52,960 nucleotides of DNA from a virus (lineage: Duplodnaviria; Caudoviricetes): positions 1 through 52,960 of IMG/VR virus record IMGVR_UViG_3300016656_000176. One strand, given 5' to 3'. Position numbers and translations under genes: made by a program. Of this stretch, positions 7,494 through 16,745 are shown piece by piece. The notes beneath the pieces are model-generated. The model made no database searches and was not told the DNA's origin. It saw only the letters and a list, made by a program, of their open reading frames with translations. The stretch's first letter is position 1, and every line of letters begins with the position of its first letter.

Positions 7494-8498
7494 ATGCCCA
7501 TCCGCCACAGCATCATCCATCAGATCGACAAGAAGCCAGACGGCACTCCAGCCGTGCTGCACGTCAGCAAAACCGAGCTGGCCGAATCTCAGGTCACCGA
7601 AAACCTGCTGCACGACCTGAACGTCGCCTACAACGCCAAGACCGGCAAGGCGTGGGGTTTCTTTCACGCCCAGTCCGGCGCCTTCCCTTTCAGCGGCTGG
7701 TTGCAGACCTATATCGACGGCGGCGAATTTATCGAGTTCAGCCACACCGCAGTCGAGCACCTACAAAAACTAATGGAAGAATCAAACCTGAGTGTTGGTG
7801 GGCATGTGTTGCTGACCCACTACCAGCAAGGCCTGACCGACTACCTGATAGTTGCCCTGCTCCAGCACAGTGAAGCGGTCACTGTGAATGCTGACCTCAG
7901 CGTCACCCCTTCCAAGCATCTGGACTTTGGCAGCGTCACCCTGGCAGCACGGATCAATATCTCGGAATGGCGCAGCCACCCGAAGTCGCGACAGTACATT
8001 TCATACCTGAAAGGTTCGAAGGGTCGCAAAACAAACGACTACTTCCGTGACTTCATCGGTTGTCAGGAAGGTGTTGATGGCCCGGGCGAAACACGCACGT
8101 TGCTCAAGGCCTTCAGCGACTTTGTCACCGCCGAGGATCTGCACGAAGACAGTGCCCGCGAGAAAACCAACACCTTGGTTAGTTACTCAATGGCCCAGGC
8201 CAAGATTGGCGAGCCGATGAGTCTCAACGAACTGTCGGGACTGATTGATGAAGACCGGCCAGCAGCCTTCTATGACTTCATCCGCAACAAGGACTACGGC
8301 CTGTCGTCAGAGATTCCTGCCGACAGGCGCACCCTGAACCAGTTCCGGCGTTTTACCGGGCGCGCTGAAGGGCTATCAATCAGCTTTGAGGCTCACATGC
8401 TCGGTTCAAAAATCGAGTATGACGAAGAGGCAGGTAGCCTGTTATTGCGCGGCCTACCCGCCCGGCTCACTGATCAGCTTAAGCGCGCAATTGCCTGA
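7494..8498 (+). CDS. yejK: Nucleoid-associated protein, NdpA/YejK family
   Basis: [17 protein letters not shown]...YFRDFIGC...LNQFRRFTG. Confidence 0.85.
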   Translation: MPIRHSIIHQIDKKPDGTPAVLHVSKTELAESQVTENLLHDLNVAYNAKTGKAWGFFHAQSGAFPFSGWLQTYIDGGEFIEFSHTAVEHLQKLMEESNLSVGGHVLLTHYQQGLTDYLIVALLQHSEAVTVNADLSVTPSKHLDFGSVTLAARINISEWRSHPKSRQYISYLKGSKGRKTNDYFRDFIGCQEGVDGPGETRTLLKAFSDFVTAEDLHEDSAREKTNTLVSYSMAQAKIGEPMSLNELSGLIDEDRPAAFYDFIRNKDYGLSSEIPADRRTLNQFRRFTGRAEGLSISFEAHMLGSKIEYDEEAGSLLLRGLPARLTDQLKRAIA

Positions 8499-8541
8499 CA
8501 TGAGCTTTCCGCTACTTTCCCATGAGAGAGCGGCAAACCGA

Positions 8542-8802
8542 TTAGCGATTTTTCCAAGCGTCAGAACACGCAATCCGAAGACGATCAATGACCTGAGAGT
8601 CAGTCGGGTCCGGGACTTCGATTAAGAGTTGGTGGTGCTCATCCACAACTCCTGGGGTATTTGATGAGCTGAACCCTGGGAGCATCCTTGCACGCCAGAC
8701 CTCGATACCTTGCGTGTGGTCACCTGGCAATACAGCAAGAACATCGTTGTATCTCCATACATCAACACTGCCTAGCTCACTTTCAATGATTACTGTTTTC
8801 AC
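8542..8802 (-). CDS. Antisense moron, hypothetical protein
   Basis: AAGGAG SD before GTG 8802; opposite to the operon. Confidence 0.6.
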   Translation of the reverse strand: MKTVIIESELGSVDVWRYNDVLAVLPGDHTQGIEVWRARMLPGFSSSNTPGVVDEHHQLLIEVPDPTDSQVIDRLRIACSDAWKNR

Positions 8803-8901
8803 TTTTCGCTCCTTGATCCGGTTCCTACCGGTCACCCGTGATACTCCACTTCAACGAATCATGCCAGCTCAGACCGTATCGACGACTGGCCGGAGAATCC
8901 C

Positions 8902-9290
8902 ATGAGTACATTTGCCGTATTTGGAATGACCCGCGATGTTGCGCTGGCCGAGGCCAAAAAGCGCACCAAAGGCACCCGCAAGAACGTGAAGGCACCAGGC
9001 GGTGTCGAGCCTATCCCCCTTGCGGAATGGCTAGAGCTTGTCGAGAAGAAGACCGAGCAGATTATGGGGGGGGTACGGCTCGCCAATTGTCGCCTCTATT
9101 CGATGCTCCGCAGTACGCCGAACAGTTCATAGAGTTGGCCCGAAAAACCATTCAATGCCGGGATCTGCGCATCAGGGCAAAGTGCGTAATGACTGACGCC
9201 GAAGGCAAGCCAATCATCAACCCGAAGACGAAAGCACAGCGGGTTGGGTTTTGTGAGTGGCAGCCAGAAAATCGAATACAGACTGCCTGA
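8902..9290 (+). pseudogene. Phage protein frameshifted at a G8 tract
   Basis: MSTFAVFGMT frame and ...RQLSPLFDAPQY frame join if G8 (9066-9073) becomes G9; C-terminal homolog at ~50020-50239. Confidence 0.7.
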
Positions 9291-9302
9291 TCAAATAGTG
9301 CA

Positions 9303-9521
9303 TTACACCGAGTGAGCGCACAGATCTACCGCTTCAAGTTGATAACCCCTCAGAGCCTTCATCAGTTGGAAGTCATAGAAACTGGCTTCTGCGGCTGACT
9401 TCGTCTCGAATAGCTCCGCTTGGTCTGAAGTCTTACAGCGATACCGGCAACCATCACGATCTATCGCCTCACCATAAAAGGAGTCCCCTGCGGGACTTGT
9501 AAGCATCACGACCCAAGCCAT
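9303..9521 (-). CDS. Antisense moron, hypothetical protein
   Basis: GGAGG SD; 72 aa. Confidence 0.6.
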   Translation of the reverse strand: MAWVVMLTSPAGDSFYGEAIDRDGCRYRCKTSDQAELFETKSAAEASFYDFQLMKALRGYQLEAVDLCAHSV

Positions 9522-9605
9522 ACCGAACCTCCATCCGGATCGGATGCCCGGTGCTTAACCAGTACTCCACTTTTGTTAGTAACGCCACCTTGGCGAGGAT
9601 CCCCT

Positions 9606-11552
9606 ATGTCCGCACAACAGAAAAAATACCCCTTCGATTTCAAAACCCAGTACGGCCTTGGCTTCAACCAGCAGGACGATGAGATCGTCGTGGACTTCTT
9701 CTGCGGCGGTGGCGGCGCCGGTACCGGGCTGGAAATGGGCCTTGGTCGCGCTGTCACCGTCGCCAAAAACCACAGCCCCGCCGCGATCAGCATGCACACA
9801 GTCAACCACCCACATGCGAAGCACTACACCACTGACGTGTTCGAGGGTGACCCTGACACTGAATGTGGTGGCCGGGCGGTTGGCTGGTTCCATATGTCGC
9901 CGGACTGCACCCATCACAGCCAGGCAGCCGGTGGGCAGCCCCGCAAGCGTGAGATTCGTAACCTGTCGTGGATAGGCCTCAAGTGGGCAGGCATGAAGCA
10001 ACCCCGGGTGATCAGCCTCGAAAACGTGAAGCAGATCCTGCAATGGGGCCGGTTGATAGCCAAGCGCGACAAAGCCACGGGCCGCGTGGTGAAACTCGGC
10101 GGTGACGTGGCAGCACCTGGTGAAGTTGTGCCCGTGGGCCAGCAGTTCCTGATCCCCGACCCGAAGCAGCGGGGCCGCACCTGGCGCCGCTTCGTTGCCT
10201 TGCTGGAAGGCATGGGCTATGTCGTTGAGTGGAAGGTGATCAAAGCCTGCGACTTTGGCGCCCCCACCAGCCGGGAACGCCTGTTCATGATTGCCCGTTG
10301 CGATGGCCAGCCCATCGTGTGGCCCGAACCAACACACGCCAAGAGCCCCGCCAAAGGTCAGCAGAAGTGGCGCACCGCCGCCGAGTGCATTGACTGGACC
10401 ATCCCCAGCCAAAGCATCTTTGGTCGTAAAAAGGATCTGGCCCCGGCCACCCTGCGCCGCGTTGCCAAGGGCATGCGCAAGTTCGTACTGGATGCCGCCA
10501 GTCCTTTTATTGTGCCGATCGCGAATTGGTCCGGGGAAAGCGTGCAGTCTGCGGACGAGCCACTGCGCACCGTGACCTCCTATCCCAAGGGCGGCGCCTT
10601 CTCGATAGTCAGCCCAACACTCGTTCAAACCGGTTACGGGGAGAGAGCTGGCCAAGCACCGCGTGTACCTGGTCTGGATCAGCCCTTGGGTACGGTTGTA
10701 GCAGGCGGGGTTAAGCATGCGATCGCAGCGGCGCATCTGGTGAAGTTCAGGTTTGCCGACGAAGGCAAAGCACTGGGAGAGCCATTACCCACCATCACCA
10801 GCGGCGGTAACTACAAGCGGCCTGCCGGTGCCGCGCATGCAATGGGAATCTCGACTGTGTTCATGGCCCAGATGAATGGCGGCTTCAACACAACAGCAGC
10901 CAAAAGCATCGAAGACCCCATGACCACCGTGACCAACACCGGAAGCCAGCAACAACTGGTCACCGCCAACCTGGTGCACTTACGCGGTAACTGCGATGCA
11001 CGGGACTTGAACGACCCGCTACACACCATCAGCGCAGGCGGCACCCATCACGGGCTGATGACGGCATTCCTTGAGCGTCAGTTCGGCGCCAGTGTCGGCC
11101 AGGGCCTGAACGAACCGGCACCCACCATCACAGCGGGCGGCGGCGGCAAAAGTTCGCTGGTCGAGCTGAAGCTGTCGCCAGAGGTTGAAGCAGGAGCGCT
11201 GCGGGTCGCGGCCTTCCTGATCAGCTACTACGGCACCGAGAATGTGAGTGACGCCAACGAGCCGGCACCGACCATTACCACCCGCGACCGCCTGGCACTG
11301 GTCACCGTGACCATCAAAGGCACGCCGTATGTAATCGTCGATATCTGCCTGCGGATGCTGCAACCCGCTGAGCTCTACAAGGCCCAGGGCTTCCCCGGCG
11401 ACTACATCATCAGCCACGGCGCCGACGGTAAACCTTTCACAAAAACCCAGCAAGTGCACATGTGCGGGAACAGCGTCAGCCCGCCTCCGATGGCAGCACT
11501 GGCTCGCGCAAATGACCCGTGGCGTGTCGCAGAGCTCCGGGCAGCAGCTTAA
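9606..11552 (+). CDS. DNA (cytosine-5) methyltransferase, orphan
   Basis: DFFCGGGG motif I, SPDC, ENV, RERLF, GNSV motifs. Confidence 0.9.
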   Translation: MSAQQKKYPFDFKTQYGLGFNQQDDEIVVDFFCGGGGAGTGLEMGLGRAVTVAKNHSPAAISMHTVNHPHAKHYTTDVFEGDPDTECGGRAVGWFHMSPDCTHHSQAAGGQPRKREIRNLSWIGLKWAGMKQPRVISLENVKQILQWGRLIAKRDKATGRVVKLGGDVAAPGEVVPVGQQFLIPDPKQRGRTWRRFVALLEGMGYVVEWKVIKACDFGAPTSRERLFMIARCDGQPIVWPEPTHAKSPAKGQQKWRTAAECIDWTIPSQSIFGRKKDLAPATLRRVAKGMRKFVLDAASPFIVPIANWSGESVQSADEPLRTVTSYPKGGAFSIVSPTLVQTGYGERAGQAPRVPGLDQPLGTVVAGGVKHAIAAAHLVKFRFADEGKALGEPLPTITSGGNYKRPAGAAHAMGISTVFMAQMNGGFNTTAAKSIEDPMTTVTNTGSQQQLVTANLVHLRGNCDARDLNDPLHTISAGGTHHGLMTAFLERQFGASVGQGLNEPAPTITAGGGGKSSLVELKLSPEVEAGALRVAAFLISYYGTENVSDANEPAPTITTRDRLALVTVTIKGTPYVIVDICLRMLQPAELYKAQGFPGDYIISHGADGKPFTKTQQVHMCGNSVSPPPMAALARANDPWRVAELRAAA

Positions 11553-11800
11553 AACCACACTCTTGCGACATTCAATCGGCTTTGTGGCAAGGCCAATCAT
11601 AACTGGTATGAGTGATGCCAGAGCTACAAACAACTCCAGAATAGTCGTTGCATGTTCCATTAGATTTAACCCCCGTAATGCAGAGAACCATTTCTCTGCC
11701 TTATAGGAAGCCAATTAAATTTTAAGTCGCGATCCCCTTCCTCTTGGGCTTTTTCCACCGCCCACTCCACCGCCCGGGCATGACCCGGATAGGACGCCCC

Positions 11801-12589
11801 ATGCCCACAGAAAACAAACAGGCACCCACGTTCATCGTGCTGAGCCTGAAGCACACCCATCGCCGCCATAAAGCAATCACGCTTTGGCGGTCAGATGACA
11901 GTGGTTACTGCTGGAAGCTGTCCTGCGCCGGTGCTTATGACGAAGCCCGCGTACTGGAGCGTCTTGGCTACTACAACAGCGGCTGCTCAAATCTTGCAGT
12001 GCCTGCAGATCTTGTGGAACGGCTTTCCTCTGAGGTTGAGTACGACACCAAGGAGTTTGGGATTTGCCTCCCGAATAACGCCGACACTTGGGCACAGCTA
12101 CTGGCCTGCGTGATCCGCCCCACCGATTACGAACCGAAACCGGAGTATCGCGGCTGCCGCTATTCTGAAAACAGCATGTGGATGAAGCGTAAACGCTGCG
12201 AGCAAGTCAACCAGGTTATCCGAATCATCGCCGACCATGGCCGCAGGTTCTTCTACAGCCAGACCGTGAACCGCTACGCCAGCATGGAAGTCGATCACCG
12301 CGGCAAGGTCTGGTTCATCGATGACTACAGCGGGAAGCGCGTCTTCACGCATGAAACGGTGTGGGGTGGCCGGTGGCGCGGGTTCAGTCACGGCGGCACG
12401 CTGCGCGATCTGGTCAAATAGTTCCGGGATTACATCTCTACCGGTGAACCGCTGCACCCTGGCTATCTCGGACCTGAACGGTTCGATGACAGCAACATCT
12501 GGGGTTACGACGAGGCGGGTGTGAAGTCTGTGCGTGAGCAGGCCGGCGGCCTTCCCGTGTTCCGCCAGCCAGTTGCGGAGCCTGCATGA
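11801..12589 (+). pseudogene. Phage protein interrupted by in-frame TAG (12419-12421)
   Basis: Frame stays open for 55 codons after the TAG, to a TGA overlapping the next ATG. Confidence 0.6.
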
Positions 12590-12657
12590 AGCGAATCTAC
12601 CTCAGCGGTCCAATGGCCGGCCTGCCCGATCTCATCTTCCCGGCTTTCGCGGAATAA
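12586..12657 (+). pseudogene. Truncated DUF4406-like gene
   Basis: MKRIYLSGPMAGLPD N-terminus stops at the edge of the AT-rich moron. Confidence 0.6.
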
Positions 12658-12679
12658 CATCAGAGGAGTGAAATACAAC

Positions 12680-13930
12680 TCAAGGAGGCGTTATAAAAGA
12701 AATTACCTTATCTATCAAATCCCTTTGCCTCCCCAACTCCACTATAGAATCAGAAGAGTCAAGAAACTTATTGGACTCTTGAAGACCTTTGAAATTATCT
12801 ACTTCCCGCAAATGAAATATAAGAGCCTGCCTGAAAAATTTTTGTATTTGGTAGCAGTGAGGTGAAGGATCTTCAATAGCATGCCCCAAATGAACATTTC
12901 GATTTCTATACTCTTTCACATGTTCTAGCACCTGCCGATAATATTCACGCTCCGCATACAAAAAAGAACAACGACCCACGATCAAATCAGTATTATTTTC
13001 ACCTGGAGCCATCATGGATTCCAGAGCAGCCCAAGCCCTTTGAACTGTAGAGTTCTTATCAACCTCATCGAACGCTCTTACATAACGCACAATAGCGTCT
13101 TTTATTATGTGGGCATCCTTGTGACGACTTAGCGCACCAATAACGAACTCAAAAAATCGTACAGCTTGAGCATTTTTCTCATCAGTCAACTCAAGCGATT
13201 TTCTCTCGCTATAATTTGGATCGTACCAAAAAACATTCTTATCTTGTAACTTCCCACTTTTCTGATGCAGAGAGTGCATCCCACCCAATGTTAGCTTATT
13301 AATTGGGGCACGTTTAGACGTCTGCATAGCGAGCGAAATAGAAAATGCCGAATTGACATCGAGTGAAAAAATACCGCGAACAAAGTCAAGTTCGTAAAGA
13401 GCATGTTCAACACCATCCATGGGATTTTTAGATTTAAATCTAACTAAAACCGGGCAATAGCTATCAGGCAAATGTGGCGATGAAGATTTCCAGCGCTTAT
13501 CATGATAAGTTCGAGTTTCGTATTTTTTCGGAAGGCCTCCTGGGCAACTTTCAATAACGCCACCCTCTAGCTTAATTTTCCTCAATGGAAATCCAGCCAC
13601 AGCGGAAATAGATGTAACAAGCACAAAATCCTCGGGCACCTGCTTGTTGTACACAAGAACTTCAGCCTTCAGAGACTCAAGAAACCTATCAGCTGTAGTT
13701 CCTTCCGATGCCACCCATGCGCTTAAGCCTCTCGAATAAATCTGCTGAGCAGTGTGATAGCTGAATGTCTTATGGAATTCGATCATCGTAAAAAGAACTG
13801 AATCCAACTCAAACTTATCAAACCCATTAAATGACACGCGACCATCTTGCCCAACAGAAGAACACTTCCGCAAACGATCTAAAATTACTTGAGGCTTAAG
13901 TTTCTTATTAGTCTTCCATGAAACCTTCAC
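12680..13930 (-). CDS. HEPN-domain (ApeA-like) protein, candidate defence moron
   Basis: C-terminal RNRNVH (RxxxxH) and WAALES; AT-rich; GGAGG SD before GTG 13930. Confidence 0.7.
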   Translation of the reverse strand: MKVSWKTNKKLKPQVILDRLRKCSSVGQDGRVSFNGFDKFELDSVLFTMIEFHKTFSYHTAQQIYSRGLSAWVASEGTTADRFLESLKAEVLVYNKQVPEDFVLVTSISAVAGFPLRKIKLEGGVIESCPGGLPKKYETRTYHDKRWKSSSPHLPDSYCPVLVRFKSKNPMDGVEHALYELDFVRGIFSLDVNSAFSISLAMQTSKRAPINKLTLGGMHSLHQKSGKLQDKNVFWYDPNYSERKSLELTDEKNAQAVRFFEFVIGALSRHKDAHIIKDAIVRYVRAFDEVDKNSTVQRAWAALESMMAPGENNTDLIVGRCSFLYAEREYYRQVLEHVKEYRNRNVHLGHAIEDPSPHCYQIQKFFRQALIFHLREVDNFKGLQESNKFLDSSDSIVELGRQRDLIDKVISFITPP

Positions 13931-14194
13931 TTGCAACCTCCACAAAACTTATCAACACGACTTGATAGTTATATCAAAGCTCTATATCAAAAGATATGAA
14001 AACAGCATCTCCTCCTCCGACAACAAATAGCCTGCTGGTAAACGGCGGGCGAGGAATTCCTGTGCTCAAACAAATCGGAAGACTCATTACTGAACCGCTA
14101 CGAAAGGTCGAAAAAAGCCGGCCAGGCGGCTGGAACAAGATCGCCAACCCCTAACCCACCTTCTGCCGCCCAGCGCGGCGGCATGGAGTCAGCT

Positions 14195-14599
14195 ATGTCA
14201 AATCGAAGTGCCGCACAGGTCGCGCCTACCCCTCCAAGGTTCCTCCGCGCCATGGATGCACCAAGCTATCTCGGTATGTGCCGGGATGAGTTCAACAAAA
14301 CAGTTCGCCCGAATGTGAGCGAATTCCCGATCGGAAAACAAGGCGTTGGCTTTGATCGAATAGAGCTCGATGCATGGGCTGATGCTTACGTTGAGCGCAA
14401 GTCGATTGAAAAAGCGGCCAATCAGGACAACAATCGGCCTCGCAGCGAGCGCCTACAAGGATTAGATCCATGGCGCGAAAAACAATCACCGGCATCTACA
14501 AAAAAGGCGGCATCTGGCAAATCGATAAGGTCTTCCGGGGCCAGCGATTTCGCGAAAGCACTGAAACTGGTGACAGGGAAGAAGCCGAGCAGTACCTGA
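14195..14599 (+). CDS. Excisionase/AlpA-like DNA-binding protein overlapping int
   Basis: PRFLRAMDAPSYLGM...FDRIELDAW; homolog at 51513. Confidence 0.65.
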   Translation: MSNRSAAQVAPTPPRFLRAMDAPSYLGMCRDEFNKTVRPNVSEFPIGKQGVGFDRIELDAWADAYVERKSIEKAANQDNNRPRSERLQGLDPWREKQSPASTKKAASGKSIRSSGASDFAKALKLVTGKKPSST

Positions 14600-15648
14600 T
14601 CCACAGGCTAGAGCAGCTGCGACAGGAAAAAGTATATGGCGTTAGACAAGTCAGAACCTTTTCCCATGCAGCGGCACGCTTTCTCACAGAGTTTCAAGAT
14701 CAGCCCTCTATCAAGTTGTCAGCGCATCACCTGTCTCAACTGATCGAGTTCATTGGAGAAGTACCGCTCACCCACATTGATGATCAGGCGCTTGCACCCT
14801 TCATCAAGGATCGGCTTGCAACGAAAAAGCTGGACGATGGAACAGTGAAGAAAGGGGTTGCAAATAGAACGGTCAACATCTCAATAGAGCGCGTGGTAAG
14901 GGTTTTAACGCTTTGTGCGCGCAAGTGGCGAGATGACGAGATGAGGCCATGGCTTGATAGCGTGCCAATGCTCACAAAGCTGGAAGAGAAGAAGTCGAGC
15001 CGTAAGCCCTACCCCATGTCATGGGAAGAGCAGTCGATTCTTTTTGGAGAGTTGCCTGCCCACTTGCAGGCGATGGCCTTGTTCAAGGTGAACACAGGTT
15101 GTCGCGAGCAAGAGGTCTGCAAGCTGAAGTGGGATTGGGAGATTGCGGTACCGGAACTGGGCGCCAGTGTATTTCTGATACCCGCCGATTTTGGCGGGCG
15201 AAATGAACGCTCGGGCGTGAAGAACGGCGATGAGCGCTTAGTGGTGCTCAACAACGTGGCCAAGTCGATCATTGATAAGCAGCGCGGCATCAGCAAGGAA
15301 TGGGTATTTCCTTACAACGGTACCGCGATGCACCGAATGAACGACTCAGCCTGGAAGAAAGCGCGAGTGAGAGCGGCGAAACTCTGGCAGGAGAAAAACC
15401 TTCGCCCCGCTCACCCTGGCTACTTGTCTATCCGGATTCACGATTTGAAGCACACGTTTGGTCGACGGCTACGAGCAGCAGGTGTAACCGAGGAAGACCG
15501 CAAAGCATTGCTCGGACACAAGAACGGAAGCATCACCAGTCACTACTCCGGCGCCGAGCTTGGGCAACTGATTGAGGCTGCAAATATGGTATCAGCAACC
15601 GACTCACGAGGTCCGGTTCTGACAATTTTGAAGAGGAGGCAGGGATGA
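14470..15648 (+). CDS. int: Phage integrase (tyrosine recombinase)
   Basis: TGCR, K, HDLKH, LGH, SHY; adjacent to att core. Confidence 0.92.
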   Translation: MARKTITGIYKKGGIWQIDKVFRGQRFRESTETGDREEAEQYLIHRLEQLRQEKVYGVRQVRTFSHAAARFLTEFQDQPSIKLSAHHLSQLIEFIGEVPLTHIDDQALAPFIKDRLATKKLDDGTVKKGVANRTVNISIERVVRVLTLCARKWRDDEMRPWLDSVPMLTKLEEKKSSRKPYPMSWEEQSILFGELPAHLQAMALFKVNTGCREQEVCKLKWDWEIAVPELGASVFLIPADFGGRNERSGVKNGDERLVVLNNVAKSIIDKQRGISKEWVFPYNGTAMHRMNDSAWKKARVRAAKLWQEKNLRPAHPGYLSIRIHDLKHTFGRRLRAAGVTEEDRKALLGHKNGSITSHYSGAELGQLIEAANMVSATDSRGPVLTILKRRQG

Positions 15649-15660
15649 AAAGCGGAAAAG

Positions 15661-15723
15661 CCCCGAAAATCTCCCGAAAATGAAAAAGGCCAATGTCGGG
15701 GACATTGGCCTAAGTCATTGAAT
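15661..15723. promoter_or_regulatory. att arm: CCCGAAAAT repeats, minus-strand terminator, IHF-like site
   Basis: CCCGAAAAT x2; AGGCCAATGTC/GACATTGGCCT 15687-15711; TAAGTCATTGAAT resembles the IHF consensus. Confidence 0.6.
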
Positions 15724-15727
15724 AATA

Positions 15728-15774
15728 TGGTCGGGACGGAGTGATTCGAACACTCGACCCCTAGCACCCCATGC
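15728..15774 (-). other. att core = 3' half of tRNA-Pro(GGG), no 5' half
   Basis: Minus strand GCATGGGGTGCTAGGGGTCGAGTGTTCGAATCACTCCGTCCCGACCA (anticodon loop, T arm, CCA). Confidence 0.85.
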
Positions 15775-16010
15775 GGGCTAAGGCCAAAGAACCCCTTACA
15801 TAACAAGTGTTTACGTGGGCACCCACTGCAATCGATGCCCAACGATGCGCAGCTTTGTTTTACAGATCCCCGCAAAATTCCCTGAGGCGTTTTCAGTTCC
15901 TCCCTAATGAGCAGAAAGCCCACTCAGAGGCGGGCCATTAGCATGATCAGTCAGAATTACGGGAGCGTCGAAGGGACGGTGTAGGTGTCGCCGTAGAAGT
16001 GGGAGCGCTA

Positions 16011-16733
16011 TCAGATAGCGATCGCTCGGCGGGCGCAGTACGCTTTAAGCCAGGCATAGAGCGTCGCCAGTTCGGCGTCTGAAATCTTACGACTGAAACC
16101 CAAGGCAGCGTATATCTCCGTTTTTCCATCCCAGCCGCCGGTGTTGTACGCCCCACCTATTCGAATAGGCCCCCCAAGAGAAGGCACCCCGAGATTTGAC
16201 TTGGTGGCCACTTCGCCAAGGGTCAAGTTATGAGCGTAAATATGTGGGTTTCCAATATTGTCAGTCCTCATGGCAATACATACCGGGACTCCCATCGCCA
16301 ATGGTGTGGGCGTCTCCGCGCCGTTCCCATCGATGTCTGTCCCCCGGAAGGCAGTAAAGACTCCAGTGAGGCCGAGAGCCATAGCCACTTTTCGACCGCT
16401 CCCAGATCCAGGAGAAATAAAATTACCGGCCACCATGGTGCTAGTTAGCTCTATCGGTTTGAAAGCAACAATCAATGTCAACTCATCTCCATCGGGCATG
16501 GCCGTGTTAATAAAGTTGACACGTCCTTGAAGAGACACACTATCCGCTTTAACAGTAGGCACCCCAGTTGGGGTGGAATTGTCCTTTCCGTAGGAGAAAT
16601 TGCGTAGCGAACTTTCAAGAGAGCCGCCGAAAAAATGAGCAAACTCTAAGCCGGCTGTAGAAATCGGGGAACCCGCCCAGCCCAACGCCTTGTCACGGAA
16701 CGAGCCAGTGTTATCTTTAATTACTACCGTCAT
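16011..16733 (-). CDS. Tailspike-associated hypothetical protein (beta-rich)
   Basis: 240 aa, directly after the tailspike. Confidence 0.7.
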   Translation of the reverse strand: MTVVIKDNTGSFRDKALGWAGSPISTAGLEFAHFFGGSLESSLRNFSYGKDNSTPTGVPTVKADSVSLQGRVNFINTAMPDGDELTLIVAFKPIELTSTMVAGNFISPGSGSGRKVAMALGLTGVFTAFRGTDIDGNGAETPTPLAMGVPVCIAMRTDNIGNPHIYAHNLTLGEVATKSNLGVPSLGGPIRIGGAYNTGGWDGKTEIYAALGFSRKISDAELATLYAWLKAYCARRAIAI

Positions 16734-16745
16734 CGGTGTTACTCC

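Larger units (their letters stand above)
1..15774. mobile_element. Prophage A (partial; early/replication/integration arm)
   Basis: Rep, P, cro/cI, early operon, xis-like gene and integrase ending at a tRNA-derived att core; left part lies outside the window. Confidence 0.9.

Noticed and set aside
9576-10736. 386-aa antisense ORF and similar long shadow ORFs in the tail/head genes
   Set aside because: Expected opposite GC-rich coding DNA; no motifs
11549-11714. Small antisense membrane-peptide gene after the methyltransferase
   Set aside because: Frame runs on into the MTase antisense without its own stop; at best a moron remnant
12419-12421. TAG recoding suggested by two in-frame amber stops
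   Set aside because: Several intact genes end in TAG (e.g. 4684, 5479, tailspike) and no suppressor tRNA is present; nonsense mutation is simpler
15728-15810. Intact tRNA-Pro gene
   Set aside because: Only the 3' 47 nt are present; the D arm and 5' acceptor strand are missing, so it is an att core
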